A stretch of 46,166 nucleotides of DNA from Saprolegnia diclina VS20. Its lineage: Eukaryota. This document shows positions 23,566 to 36,231 of this stretch, piece after piece (within the stretch, counting starts at the first letter, position 1; each line of letters opens with the position of its first letter). The notes beneath the pieces were generated by a model. The model made no database searches. It was not told the origin of the DNA and saw nothing but the letters and a program-made list of their open reading frames with translations. Where the stretch lies: contig NW_008246068.1 of assembly GCF_000281045.1 (NCBI RefSeq), positions 1,517,587 to 1,563,752 of the forward strand, read 5' to 3'. The position numbers and the translations under genes are program-made.

Positions 23566-26500
23566 TCAGAGGTACGAGGGGCGTTTGGTTTTGAGCGGCC
23601 GAAAGCAGTCGTCGGGCACGGCAGCGGCGTCCGTTGCCACGGTAAAGCTGCGGGTCGAGACGCCGACGAAGGCTTTTTTCCCCGAGTTGTACCGGAAAAA
23701 CTGAATCACATTGGAGGCGTCGAGCGTGCTGGGGCCAGACCCGAGGACTCTGCTCACGACACCCGACGCAGGGTCGAGCACGTAAAGACCGCGGTACGTC
23801 ATTTTGCGGCTATCGAGGGCCGAGCCTTTCAGCGCAACGACAAAGTTTTCGCTCGGATGTGTCGCGAGCACGCCCAACACCTTGGTCCGCTCCTTCTCAC
23901 ATGCGACGCCTGCCAAGAGCGTGTATTCGATGGCGTTCTGGATGAGCTGGCGGTTGGATGGCTTGGAGGCTGCGACCTTGGGGTCATCAAGCGGTGCACG
24001 CGCCTGGATCTGCAGTCGCCGCGTTTCGAGCTGCCGAAGCCGCTGCGCCTTGATCTTTTCTGCCCGTAGCTCAGCGAGACGTTGTGATCGGTCGAGCGTC
24101 GGCGGTGCCTCGACGCCCACAAAATGCAAGTCCACGGACGTTGGCTGACGCGCGGTCTCTCGTATCGGGGTGAGGAATGGCGAGATCGCACGTGGCTGGA
24201 TCGTCGTTGATGACGGTGGATTCGTATCTGCAAGGGGCTCTATTGAGTGCTCGAGTGCTGCTTCAAGCGCTGTTGGCGATATCGTTTCCATTGTCGTATC
24301 TTCTCGAGCGGAGACTGAGTGCGGCACAAATTGAGCCATTCCTTCGTCGGTCGCGACTGTCAACTCTTCCGACAAAGTCAGTGCAGAACTACATTGCGGT
24401 GGTGGCGGGCTCTTTGGCGGAGAAGGTGGCGGCGAATCAGCTGCGAGAGGGGGTGGACAACGTCGGCGTGGGGGCACCGCAGGTGGCGTCCGAGGCTCTG
24501 ACACCCCTGCCCGATGTTGTGCACTGGTCCAAGCTAGGTTGGATGCGATTTCGTTTCGTACTGGCGATTGTTGACACAGGCTTGACGCATTTGCCAGCTC
24601 GGCGTTGTTTGGCTGCAATAGTGCAACCTTGGCTTCGTCTTGCAGCGCGAGATGAGTCGCAAGGTCCTCGGTTCGATCCACACCAAGCCACGGTGTTTCC
24701 CGTCGACTTTGGACCGACTGGCGAAGCGCGCGGACATCTTGGAACGTCATTTTCTTGGCCGACGTCGTCGTTCGAACCGCGTCGACGGGCGCAAAGGAAA
24801 ACAGACTGGGCTGATCACAAGACGCGCCTGCGTGTTTCCTGACGCTCTTCGACGCGTCGTGTGCTGTCAACGAAGGTGACGCCGCAGCTCCCAACATACC
24901 ACACGCCCCGTGTGTGAGCGACGGACTCGAGCTTTGGTCGGACGTTCCGAGTGGTGATAGCTGTGACGTTCTAGTCGGTGTTTCGGGCAACGCCCCGAGC
25001 CGCATCTCGACGCTTGGAGCGACAAACAAGGGAAGGAGTGGCACTGGCTCAAAGCGGCCGACTTCCACTTGCCTAACTTGGTGCCGTGCCTCCATGACGA
25101 AATGTGAACCTTCCAATGGCACCGGCGTGTCCATTGATCGCAGTACGTTTGGCGGCGTTGATGGCGGCGTTGATGGTGGCGATGATGGCGGCGTTGTTAG
25201 CGGCGTTGTTGGAGGTGTTTCTGGGGTCGTCAACGGTGCGGTGGCGCTAGGTACTGCGTCGTTCAGGCCCGGATCCGGCTCGGTCCCTCGACTTGTGGGC
25301 GACTCTGCAACATCATTCTCCGCAAACAAACTTGCTTTTGCTCGAGGTGCGTCGCGTGGGTGTTGAGGTAAACCACTTTTGTGCGACGAGATTTGATCGG
25401 CTGCGGCAGGTAGGCTCGCTGAGCTCTGTCGACGCCGGTCCAATACGCCCGTCGTATTGGTAGCGAGCGCTGCTGCTTGCAGCTCCAGAAGCGCCCACGC
25501 CGTCTAAATGGTTTCTCACACAAAGCGGCGACAGATGCCGGGTCGTACCGCTCCGAGTTTTGCCTTGTAGTTGGGCAGTGGATACACGCTCGAGCTTGCA
25601 GCTTTGAACGGTGAGAGGCTTTGCACTGGCGCTACGTCCACGCGTGGATCCCGACGCTCGTCCCATTCGAGGTGGTATGTTGCTACACCGTCACTTCTCT
25701 CGGACTCTCTGAAAGTTGTCGGTGACGTGCTGTCACATACTGTCCCAATCGACGCCGACTTGTCTGGCCCGGCGCTTCTGTCGATGCTGCTGCCGATGAC
25801 GTCATCTTGGTTGGGCACGACGCGCCGCTGTGGTGATGGAAAAGGGCTTGGCATCAGTGGTGCATCGGGCAGTGCCAGTGCAGAAGGCAAGAGATTCTCG
25901 ACGCTCGTGCGCTCATTGTCCGTGCGCATTTGGATGTGTGTTCCAAGCGCCTCTTGAGGATGACCATCGCTCCGAGATAGCGACGCTCGATGCCCCGGCG
26001 AGGTTGGACTGCAGTTCAACTTGGCGGAGGGCGAGGCCTGGCGCGGGGTAAAGCTCAAAGCTTTCTCTACGGTGAGCTCGGTCTCGATGGTTCCTGACGT
26101 GGTCTCCAACTGCGTCGGGCAAGGCGACGCCAGACGCGTCAAATCAATGGAGGGGCTCTCGACAGGGCCCGTGTGTGATATCGTTGTCGCTGACGATTTC
26201 AGCGTCGAGTCGGTTTGGTTGCTCGTCGCCACGACGAGACGCAGCGTGCATGGCTCGTCGGAAAGGACGTCCTCCGTCATCTTGACGACGACCTCGGACA
26301 GCGTCTTGAGCACTTTGACTTTGGCCGGGCACACGTACAAGAGAAACTTATCGTGGGAATGCAGCCAGAGCACCATGGTTTTGGCGCGAAACACCAAGTG
26401 GAGGCACGCAGGTCGACCGTCCAGCGTCTCGTGGAGAGACTCGATCGCGCCTTCGAGCTCAAAGACGCCGCGCAGGGTGGACGGCGGCCTCGCGACGGCA

Positions 26501-26682
26501 ATCGTCGGTGGCGGTGGCATGCCGGCGCGGTACTCGAGGCCGCAGTGGTGGGCGTGAACGACCCACGGGCTTAGCGTCTCCTTCTTGAGATGCGACGACG
26601 ACAGTGCGTCGAGGGACAGCAGCTGCGCAGCAAACGCATAGCCGGCGTGCTCTTGCGCCGCCATCGACAGCTTCTTGGCCAT
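23566..26682 (-). CDS. CKK-domain (CAMSAP/Patronin-type microtubule-binding) protein, two exons
   Basis: C-terminus KPSNRQLIQNAIEYTLLAG...NFVVALK...YRGLY...GSGP...FFRYNSGKKAF..VSTRSF...DA is a CKK domain preceded by a short coiled coil. Phase-0 intron 25504-25548 joins ORFs 25516-26682 and 23566-25443. Confidence 0.85.
25150..25220. repeat. Imperfect 12-bp tandem repeat (GGCGGCGTTGAT) encoding TTPP/STPP units in the CKK protein
   Basis: Read directly. Confidence 0.7.
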
Positions 26683-27078
26683 GCTGAAACGGACGAACTT
26701 AGCCGCTCCAAGAGCGCCAATCTGCCAATGGCTCTGGACGGCCTCATGTGCATGAAAGCTATTTCAAATTTTGCACCTCGATGGTAGCAGTACAATTTGG
26801 ACTGGACGGGTTTGAGCCACCAGAACGTGCAGAGGTTGTGGACGCACAATCCTCGCATGACCAGCATGAACAGCCTCCCTGTGCATAAACCCACGACGCG
26901 TCGTCGTTCGAGCTGCAGCATGAGCGAAGCGTACTCTCAGAGGCTACACGCACGAGAGAGCTTCAAGGTCGGTGAATAGGTTAATCACATTTAAACCATT
27001 TAAACCTGCCAGTCAACCCAGCCCACTGCAGCGCCTCGCGACTAGAAGCAAGGCAGGAGACGACATCAACTCTGAAAT

Positions 27079-29876
27079 ATGATATTGCTCGACGATAGCA
27101 TCGGATTCTGGAGGGCATTTGTTGCAATCGACGCATGCGCCCGTTCCGTTGCTGCGACGAAAGCCTGGGGCCGCTCGTTGACGTCGCGTCCCGCCTTCAG
27201 CTGCGCCAAGCCGTGCTCGTCGCCGACAGCAGCAGCGCCGAGGCGCTGCAGTGGGCGGGCGGCTTGCCGTTCGTCCTCCAGAACCTCCAAATCGCCTCTG
27301 TTGTGGCGCTCGAAGACGTCAAGCGGTCGCCAGCCGCTACCTTGAACCCGTTCCAGCTCGTGCGCCCGCCAAGCGTCGCTGTGTTAACGTGCTCGGCCTT
27401 GGGCGACGTTGAGGCGACGCTGCGCGCGATGCTGCCGCACGTGACGCAGCTCGTCGTCCTGTCGACAATCCCCGAGACGGCCCATGGCCCGGCCTTCTCG
27501 TTTGAGGCCTTCCGCGCATCGCTCCTGCCTGCACCCGCCAAGGTCTATGTCGAGTACGTTCCTCTCATGTACGCACCGCTCAGCGAAAAAGATGGCGCCG
27601 ACCCGAGCGTATTTGTGCTCACGCACCCCACGTGCGCGGCGGCGTTCCCGCTCATGCGCACGCAGTTGCCGGCGACACCCGCGACGCACGTCAACGAGAT
27701 TGCCCCGGCCGACATCCCTGAAGCGAGTCGCAGAGCTTTCAAGCTCCTCGCGCAGGTCCTCGCCGGTATCCTCCAGCAATGGCGCTTCCAGGCGTGTCTC
27801 GATTTACGAAATGCTTGCAACTCATGGCCGGAGCATAGGTCAAGGACCATATTTTCGCTCTGGGTGGAACGTCGCTCAAGGTTGGTCACACTCTGGTACG
27901 CAAGGTCGTTTGCTGGTCCGTGGACTTGGACGGTTGACGTAGTTGCATACGCTGCACTTGATGCAAGGCGAGTGCACACCAGGAGACCTCAAGCTGCTGC
28001 AGCCGGCCAACTTGATTCTGATCGACCGGTACGTCGACGCCACACGTTGGCCACGACTGACATGCGATGCACAGCACACTGGACCTTGCAACGCCGTCGT
28101 CGCATCAATTTTCTCTTCTCGATCGCATTCTGCAACAGCTGCCCAAGGCGTCTACGCCGCCCGCCGCGGTCCGACGGCGGTTCTTCGCCATAGTGTCGCT
28201 CATGTTATTTGTGTAGGAGCACATCACGCAGGTCGCGCCACTGGATGCAGCGGCCGAGCACGCCAAGAACCGTCTGTCGGTACCCGCATCGGTGCGTCAT
28301 CTGTGTAAGATGGACGCCGCTGTACACTGCGTCTAGTGGAGTGGCGGCGTCAGTGTTTGCCACGGCCAAGACCCCGTAGCAGCGGCCACCGTGCGCAACC
28401 TTTTGAGCCACGGACCCGTGAACGCGCTTCGAGAACTCTCGACGAGCCTGCGCGCTGTCGCTATGGACCTTATCAAGTCCAAGGCGACACCGACGCCCGA
28501 GAAAACGCCCAAGGACCAGCCTCTCCGCGGCCGCGACGTCGTCCAGCGATGGCTTGCGTGCATCGATGGCGCGTACGACCCCAAGGTGACGTGGCAGCAC
28601 AAGAAGCTGCTGCAGCTAGGCCTCGCGGTGCTCGAGACAATGGGCCGAATGGAAACCACGCAAGCTCTGTGGTCGCACGTGGCCAACATTGAGAAGCGGT
28701 ACGCGCAGAGCCGCTTCCAGGGTGCGGCCGAGTGGATCCTTCCCGAGGTTGCCGACCTCGTCAACCATATCCTTTTCCCATGCGTCTCCATATTCAAAAC
28801 ATTGATGCGAGCCAAACAGAGATTCTTACATCGTCGTGGGGTCGATACGGCAAGGTATGGTGCCCGACGAGCCGCTGCTATCGCTCGATGCGGTTTTGCA
28901 GCTCTTTGTCTACGCCTTTGCGATCGCTGGCAACCACGAAATGGAAGACTACACGCGTGGCATGGTGCGGCAAGCGCTTCAGAAAGCGATCCTGGCCCAC
29001 GTACACGGCATCTCCATGAGGCACACCTCGAACCTTGAGCTCTAGGACGGGTCCAGTGACCTCTTGCCGCAAGACTTATGCCAACTCTTGATGACGTGCG
29101 GCAGCGTCAGCAGTAAGAACCAAGAACCACTTCCCACCGAGGCGACCGAAGAAGACGACGAGTGGGGCTGGGACGACGACGCGGCCAAGGCCCCACCGTC
29201 ACTACCAACCACAGCATCGCACGCCCCCGCGACGGTGGCCGCAGTCGAAGCGTACGTGGCGCATCTCTTGCCCGTGCTCGAGGTCTGATCGGCGCGTCTG
29301 CTTTGGCTCGTCTTAACATGATAGTAGGAGTGTGGACAACTGTACCATGAAGTGGCTCCGGCGCTTGCCAGTGATTTTGCCCTGGGGCTGCTGCCGCAAG
29401 TGGTGTCGCAGCTCGTGGACCCATCGTGCCCGACGATCAAGGACCTCCAGCACGTACGACACGGTATAGAAACGCCTTGGCGCCAACCGCCGTGTAGGTG
29501 ACAGACGCCTCGGAGCAACTCGCACGCGCCGGCATTGACCTGCTCAAGTCGGGTCTCAGGTTCGCGTGTCGAGTGTCGACATTTCAGCTGATCCTATGTG
29601 CTAGTGTGTTTGGCTTGAGTGGCCAAGGTATCAAAGGCGCGCCGGTGGTTGTACCCCACCTCTCGACACCGGGCGCGGTCTGCGTCGTCTTTGTCATCGG
29701 CGGCATCTCGGCCCACGAAGTCCGCACCATCGCAGTATCAAGTTGATTTTAATCTATTGGTGCTGTAGGTGCAGGCAATCGCAGACGTGATGAAGGGCCG
29801 GACGGACGTGCAGCTCATTTTGGGCAGCACGACGCTATCTACGCCGACGACGTTGTTGCGTCACCTCGTCGCGTAG
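27079..29876 (+). CDS. SCFD2: Sec1 family domain-containing protein 2 / MIP3-like SM protein, multi-exon
   Basis: FW...LRQAVLVADSSSAEALQWAGG, HIFALGGTS, LILIDRTLDLATP and VVFVIGGISAHEV...LILGSTTLSTP match Sec1/SCFD2 motifs. Confidence 0.8.
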
Positions 29877-29985
29877 GCGCGTTCGTCGTACATGCACCGG
29901 AAACAGCGTCGAGTTTGTGCTCGCAGATCTAGAGATCAACAATCCTCTGTCGCTTCCATTCTCAAGATGCGATTAACTCTATCAT

Positions 29986-30984
29986 CTACTTGCTGCCGTG
30001 CATCCAGCGATAGATGACTTCGGCCATGGCGTTGGAGCCGCGGGCGTCCGTCATGAAGGCGTGCGGGAGGTCGACGGTGGTCGCGACGACCTCGGGGTAT
30101 GTCTGCGTCAAGTGCGTCGCATGCGCCGTCGGGACCCAGTTGTCGACCTCGGAGAAGACGAGGCGCACCTTGTCTTGGTACGCGCCCATGAGCTCGTGAT
30201 CAATATCCTTGAGCTCGGCCATCTCGTGGCGCGCCATGTTGAGGATGTTGCGGATGACGTGGTGGTTGAGCAGCGAGTGGGCGGCCGACTGCAACACGGT
30301 GTTTTGCCCGACGAAGAAGGGCAAGGCCGCCTTGACAAGCGACGACGGAAGCCACTCAAAGGGCCACACGAGCAGCGAGATGGGGTAGAAGAGGCGAAAG
30401 AAGGGCCCGAGGCGCTGGCCACTCGCCGACTGCGCAATGTGCATCACCGCCGGCTGCAGCAAGACCACCTTGGAGACGCGATGGGGGCAGTGCGAGAACA
30501 TGCCAAGCGCAATGTGCGCGCCGATCGAGTGGCCGACGAGGACGAGCTCGAGGAGCGGATTCGCCTTGAGCCGCGCGTCGATGTACGCGATCTTGTCGGC
30601 GATCTGCGTCGAGAGGTCAAAGGTCCCGTCCCGGTGCAGCCACGGCATCGAGTGGCCCGTATGCGAGAGGCCGACGACCTCGAACGAGCCATGTCCGAGG
30701 GCGTGCAGGTGGCGCATCATGGGCTCGTAGAAGCCGGGTACACCGGGGTTGCCGGGCACGATAAGCACGAGTGTGTTTGTCGGCGCTACCGCGGGCACGA
30801 CGATCGTGTGCATAAGCCGGTCGTTGGCCAGCGACACGATGCGGTCGCCCGCGACGGTTGTAAGCGGCCGCGCCTGGTAGAGCCACTTGCGCAGGAGCAG
30901 CGCCATCGAGGTGAGGGCAACGACGAGCCCGACTGCGAAGGAAGGACCGACGTCGACCGACGCCAATGCTTCCAGGCCAAACAT
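29986..30984 (-). CDS. LDAH: Lipid droplet-associated serine hydrolase (LDAH/DUF2305)
   Basis: Intronless. N-terminal TM, IVPGNPGVPGFYEP, GHSIG nucleophile, DNWVP and PHAF. Confidence 0.88.
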   Translation of the reverse strand: MFGLEALASVDVGPSFAVGLVVALTSMALLLRKWLYQARPLTTVAGDRIVSLANDRLMHTIVVPAVAPTNTLVLIVPGNPGVPGFYEPMMRHLHALGHGSFEVVGLSHTGHSMPWLHRDGTFDLSTQIADKIAYIDARLKANPLLELVLVGHSIGAHIALGMFSHCPHRVSKVVLLQPAVMHIAQSASGQRLGPFFRLFYPISLLVWPFEWLPSSLVKAALPFFVGQNTVLQSAAHSLLNHHVIRNILNMARHEMAELKDIDHELMGAYQDKVRLVFSEVDNWVPTAHATHLTQTYPEVVATTVDLPHAFMTDARGSNAMAEVIYRWMHGSK

Positions 30985-31809
30985 CTTCGTAATCGCCAAT
31001 GCCAAGGTGGCAGCTGGTCATGCCCCGGTGTACCAGAAGGAAATCATCGCAAAACCAGGTATGACAACAGACTACGTGTCGGACACAGCAGACCTCAAAC
31101 CCCGTAACGAAGAATGCGTTCTATTGTTTGCGCTTGAAGTACACCCCCCACGTTGCTTGACGTTGACAGGAGCGGATTCGTACTTGCAGCGTTTTGGCGG
31201 GCGCTGTACCCCGGTGTACACTTTGAATTTGAGTGGCGATCTTCAGTGCGCGACCACGCGGGCATGCCTCTCTGTGCGTTCCTACGTTTACATATTAAGT
31301 TAAAAGATTAGAAATACCCCTGCTGAGCACCTACACGTACAGACTCACCAGTAGTGCATGAAGCAGTGGAGTACCTGGAGGCTTCAGCTCTAGATTATTC
31401 GACACGGGACTGAGGACGACTTTGAAGACTTGAATTAACAGCGAGAAATCCAGCGGTAGAGCGCCTTCTCAAGAGCGTACGTCACACTGCCGACAGCACT
31501 CTTTTGTTGGCCGCGTGTTTCAACCATGAAGACGACAGCCGCGAGCTACGCAAGAGCAACCGGCGCACATGGTTCCGTCCGCCCTCGTCTGCAGCACACA
31601 TTGGTCGCGTCCAACTAGAGCAGAGGCTGCGCAGACACTTGACCTTGGTGGCATCGGTGTTCTGTCCATTCGTCCTACACAATGGCGCGAGTCTCGGCGC
31701 CTCTCCAAGATCGCCATCCGTCATAATCCGATTACAGCTCTCGCTGCGTCGTTTCCAAGGAATACCTCGTCCCACTGGAATTTTTGCCGCAAAAACACCA
31801 AGTGGGGGC

Positions 31810-34800
31810 ATGGCGCAGGTGGACGACGCCGAGCTGCGTCCGGGCCTCGCTCTCTACCGCCCACTGCCGACGCTGCTGCGCCTCGATGTCCTTCCATTCG
31901 GTATGCTCTACGCCACGTTTAGCGCGTGCGCGGCGTCAGCGCAACGCGGCCATGGCTTTGCCGTCGGTCTCGCGCTCGTGGCCTGTATGCACGCGCTCGC
32001 GTTCTTTGCGAGCGAGTGGAGCCTCCGCGTCAAGTGCTTCGTGGCGTACTCGCGCATCTCCATTGCTGGCCTCTCGCTCTACGACGACGTGGTCGTCAAG
32101 GTCAAGCCGACGTCGCCGTCGCTGCCGGTGGAGCTGTGTCCGATTCAACGCGAGGCGCCATCGCCCAAGCTGCAGGTGCAAAAGGTACGCCCATCTTCAT
32201 TCTCTTGCAGCGCGTCATGGCGCTTGCAGGCAACGATACCAGTCCCCACGCTCTGGTTCGCCTACCAAAAGCTGCGCTTCTGCCTCGACACGTCCTTGAC
32301 TGCGCCAGTGTGCTTTCGTCGGCTCACGTACCCCATCGCCAACACATTAGCTGCGTACGCTGGCGCCAACGGGTACACGTCGCGCATTGCGCTCGAGGCT
32401 GCCGGCCTTCGCTGGCAAAAGAACGAGTTTGAGATCCCGATGCCCGCCTTCTGGACGCTCCTCAAGCAGCACCTCGTCGCGCCCTTCTTTGTCTTCCAGG
32501 TACGATCGTGCTCTCAGCATGAACATACTGACAGCGTGCGCGCTAGTTCTTTTGCATGTTGCTGTGGTGCATGGACGAGTACATGTACTACTCGCTGCTG
32601 ACCATGGTGATGCTCGTGCTCTTCGAGTGCACAGTCGTCAAGCAGCGACAGCACAACCTCGAGCTGCTCTCGCTCATGCAGCGGCCGCCGACGCGCATGT
32701 ACGCGTATCGAATGGTACAAAATTGTCCAACTATTCATTCCGTCAGCAAAACGTCACGTAGACCAAGTGGCAGAGCATCTCGTCGATAGACCTCGTCCCA
32801 GGCGACCTCGTGTCGGTTGGCCGGACGGCATCGCTGGCCGAGCCGGACGACACCGAGAACGGCCTTGTCGCGCCGTGCGACCTTCTCCTTCTCCGCGGCG
32901 CGTGCGTCGTGAACGAGGCCATGCTCTCGGGCGAGTCGATCCCACTGCGAAAGGATCACGTCGACCCGCTCGAGTCGAGTGCGCTGCTCATGGACGGACG
33001 GCACCGCAGGCATGTGCTCTTTGGCGGCACCAAGGTACTCGCCTCTGCACACGGCATATATTCACCAATTTGCAGATCCTCCAGCATACACCGTATGTCC
33101 AAGGCGAGAGCGACGCGCTTCCGGCGCCACCGGACCTCGGCTGCGTCGCGTACGTTCTTCGCACAGGCTTTGGGACGACGCAGGTGCTTGGACAATAGCG
33201 TGCGTGCGTAATGCTGTGCGGCGTAGGGCAACATGCTCCGAACGATACTGCTTGCGTCGCCGCACGTCTCGGCCAACAACGCCGAGTCGCTGTGCTTCAT
33301 TTTGTTCTTGTTGTGCTTTGCGGTCGCTGCGTCGCTCTACGTCCTGCTCGAGGTACGTTTACTGGTGCGCCATTCGACACTCAAGACAGCTAGGGCGCGG
33401 GCGACCCGACGCGCAGCAGCTACAAGCTCTTCTTGCACTGTGTCATGATCATCACGTCGGTCGTACCGCCCGAGCTGCCCATGGAGCTCTCTCTCGCCGT
33501 CACCAACTCGCTCCTCTCGCTCTCTCGCATGGAGATTTTCTGCACCCAGCCGTTCAAAATTCCGATCGCCGGCAAGGTTGACGTCGTCTGCGTCGACAAG
33601 ACTGGTACGCTCACGACCGACGCGCTTTCTCTCCGGGGCGTCGCGGGGCTCACCGCGTCGTCGCTGCTCCCGATCGCGGACCCGCGCACCCTCGTCTCTC
33701 CCGGGTCCCTGCCCATGGACGTCCAGATCGTCCTCGCGAGCTGCCACGCACTGGTACCATGCATGCGTTGGCGCGTGCTCATGGCGCGCCTCGTAGATGG
33801 TGCTCAACGGCGCTATCGCGGGCGACCCGCTGGAGAAGACGGTGCTATCGCACCTCCGCGACTGGACGCTGCACCAGCTCGACCGCGTCACCTCGCGCTA
33901 TCCGTTCAGCGTCCGATCGCTTCGCATCGTCCATCGCTTTGGCTTCTCGTCCGAGCTGCGGCGCATGAGTGCACTCGTATAGCAGCCCTCTTCGATTGAA
34001 AAAGTAGAGCAAACGCGTAGGTGCTGGTCGACGACGGCAGCGCTGTCGGCCACGCGCGGGTCGTGTCCAAAGGCGCCCCCGAGGTCATGGAACCCCTCTT
34101 CGCCAACGTAGCTGTTCCCGATTGGCGCTCGTCTCACGGGACAGTAGGTGCCGTCGTACTACAAAGACGTGCACGAGCACTACGCTCGCAAAGGCGCGCG
34201 GGTGCTGGCACTCGGCTTCAAGCGCGTGCCGATCTCGGACTTGGCAAGGACGCGGCACCTCGCGCGCGACGCCACCGAGACCCACTTGACGTTTGCCGGG
34301 TTTCTCGTCCTCGACTGCCCGCTCAAGCGTACGTCCCGCAAGGTTGACGATGGTTCTCCTGACGCACGTAGCCGACTCGCGACGGGTCGTGCAAGACCTG
34401 CAGCTGGCCAACCACCGCGTCGTTATGGTCACTGGCGACAGCGCGCTCACCGCCTGCGACGTCGCGCGACAGGTTGTCTGAATTCACGGCACTTGAAAGA
34501 ATGTCATGATGACGTCAGGTGCATCTGTTGCCGCACGCAGAGACACTCGTGCTGGAGCCGTCGCCGACCGGCCTTTCGTGGACCAGTGGGGCCGAGAAGC
34601 TCCCATTTTCCGACGCGGTACATTGTTTGCTCTAGTACACACTCAAGCTGCACCACTGCTAGACGCTGGCGACACTGGCTGAGACGCACAACTTCTGTGT
34701 GCTCGGAAGCGCCGTTGCAAGCCTCTCGCCGACGTCGCTGCAAGCGCTGGCACCGCTCACGCAAGTCTTTGCCCGCACTTCGCCCGACGAGAAGGCTGGC

Positions 34801-35806
34801 GTCCTCGCCGCCTTGAATGCGTGCGTCCTCAGCACGCCACGGGTCATGTCATTGTTGGTGCCGTAGGAGCCAAAGCGTCACGGCCATGTGCGGCGACGGC
34901 ACGAATGACGTTGGCGCGCTCAAGATGGCGCACGTCGGCATCTCACTTGTGAACGGTCCGACGCACCGGCGTCACCACACGCGTGACGCGCCGCCGCTGG
35001 GGGACGCGTCGATCGCGTCGCCGTTCACGTCGCGGGGTGAGAGTTTGCATTGCGTCGTGGACGTCATTCGACAAGGTCGGTGCACGCTCGTGACGTCGCT
35101 GCAAATGTACAAGATCCTCGGCGTCAACTGCCTCGTCTCGGCGTACGTTCTTAGCGCCCTGTACGTCTACGGCGTCAAGCAGGGCGAGGCGCAGCTCACG
35201 TGCAGCGGGCTCTTGGTCGCGCTCTGCTTTCTCTTCCTCTCGTACGCCAAGCCCGCGACGACGCTTAGCCATGAGCGACCCGTGAGCCGCGTCTTTTGCG
35301 TGAGCGTCCTGAGCTCAATCTTGCTCCAGTTTGGCGTCCATCTCTGCAGCCTCGTGCTCGGCCTCTCGATCGCAGCGCCACTCGTCGAGTGGAACGACCC
35401 GCGCCTGCACGCGGACGCGAACTTCACGCCCAATGCGCTCAACACACTCATGTTCCTCCTCGCGACGTGCATGCAAGTGACGACGTTCGTCGCCAACTAC
35501 AAGGGCCGCCCCTTCATGGAAAGCTTCCGCGAGCACAAGCTCCTCGCTCGCTGCGCGTATGCTTCGTATGCGTTTGTCCTCGTCACGCTCCTGGAGCTGT
35601 GGCCTGCGATGAACACGTGGCTCGAGCTCGTGCCGCTTGGATCGCACACGGTACATCGGCGTCGTAGCTGGCACGGCATCACCTGACAATGACTCTAGGT
35701 GCAAGCGCAGGTGCTGTGCCTCATGCTCTTTGATACGATCGCCGTCCTCGCCCTTGAGCGCACGGTGCAAGTGCTCACGACGGCCTACCCCGAGTGGATG
35801 ACTTAA
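31810..35806 (+). CDS. ATP13A1: P5A-type ATPase (Spf1/ATP13A1 family transmembrane-helix dislocase), multi-exon
   Basis: [89 protein letters not shown]. Confidence 0.93.
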
Positions 35807-36231
35807 TGCTATGCTTCTTGCTGCATCTTGGTATGGCTGCACTCATGGCATGAGCTAATGCATTACCTGCGACTGGCGATGGTGAAGCCGCTCGTCCTCT
35901 TCGTGGCGGGTGCAGCGGTAATGCTTGGCCGAACGCTGTTGGTCACTGCGTGACGCGCGCCGGGGTCGACACATCCATGGCGCCGAGGTCACCGTCCATG
36001 CTTGGGCGCGGTGAGGCGGCCTTGCGACCGAACCTCTCGGCTGCCTTGGCGCTTTGCAGCAACCCGTCGTGCATCCCATGGGCACGGGCCGTCCATCCTC
36101 CTTCTTCGACAACGTCACGCGATGGTATCCTGCCTCAATCTGCGATGCCATTGGGCATAATTGCAGTCCGTCACGGCGCGGATTGGCCGAAATTAAGGAA
36201 CGCCCCGGCTGAAGCGTATTATATTAATAAT

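Noticed and set aside
29998..31107. 369-aa plus-strand ORF opposite LDAH (similarly 9691-10773 and 38792-39667)
   Set aside because: Antisense shadows produced by high GC3 codon usage, with no recognisable motifs.
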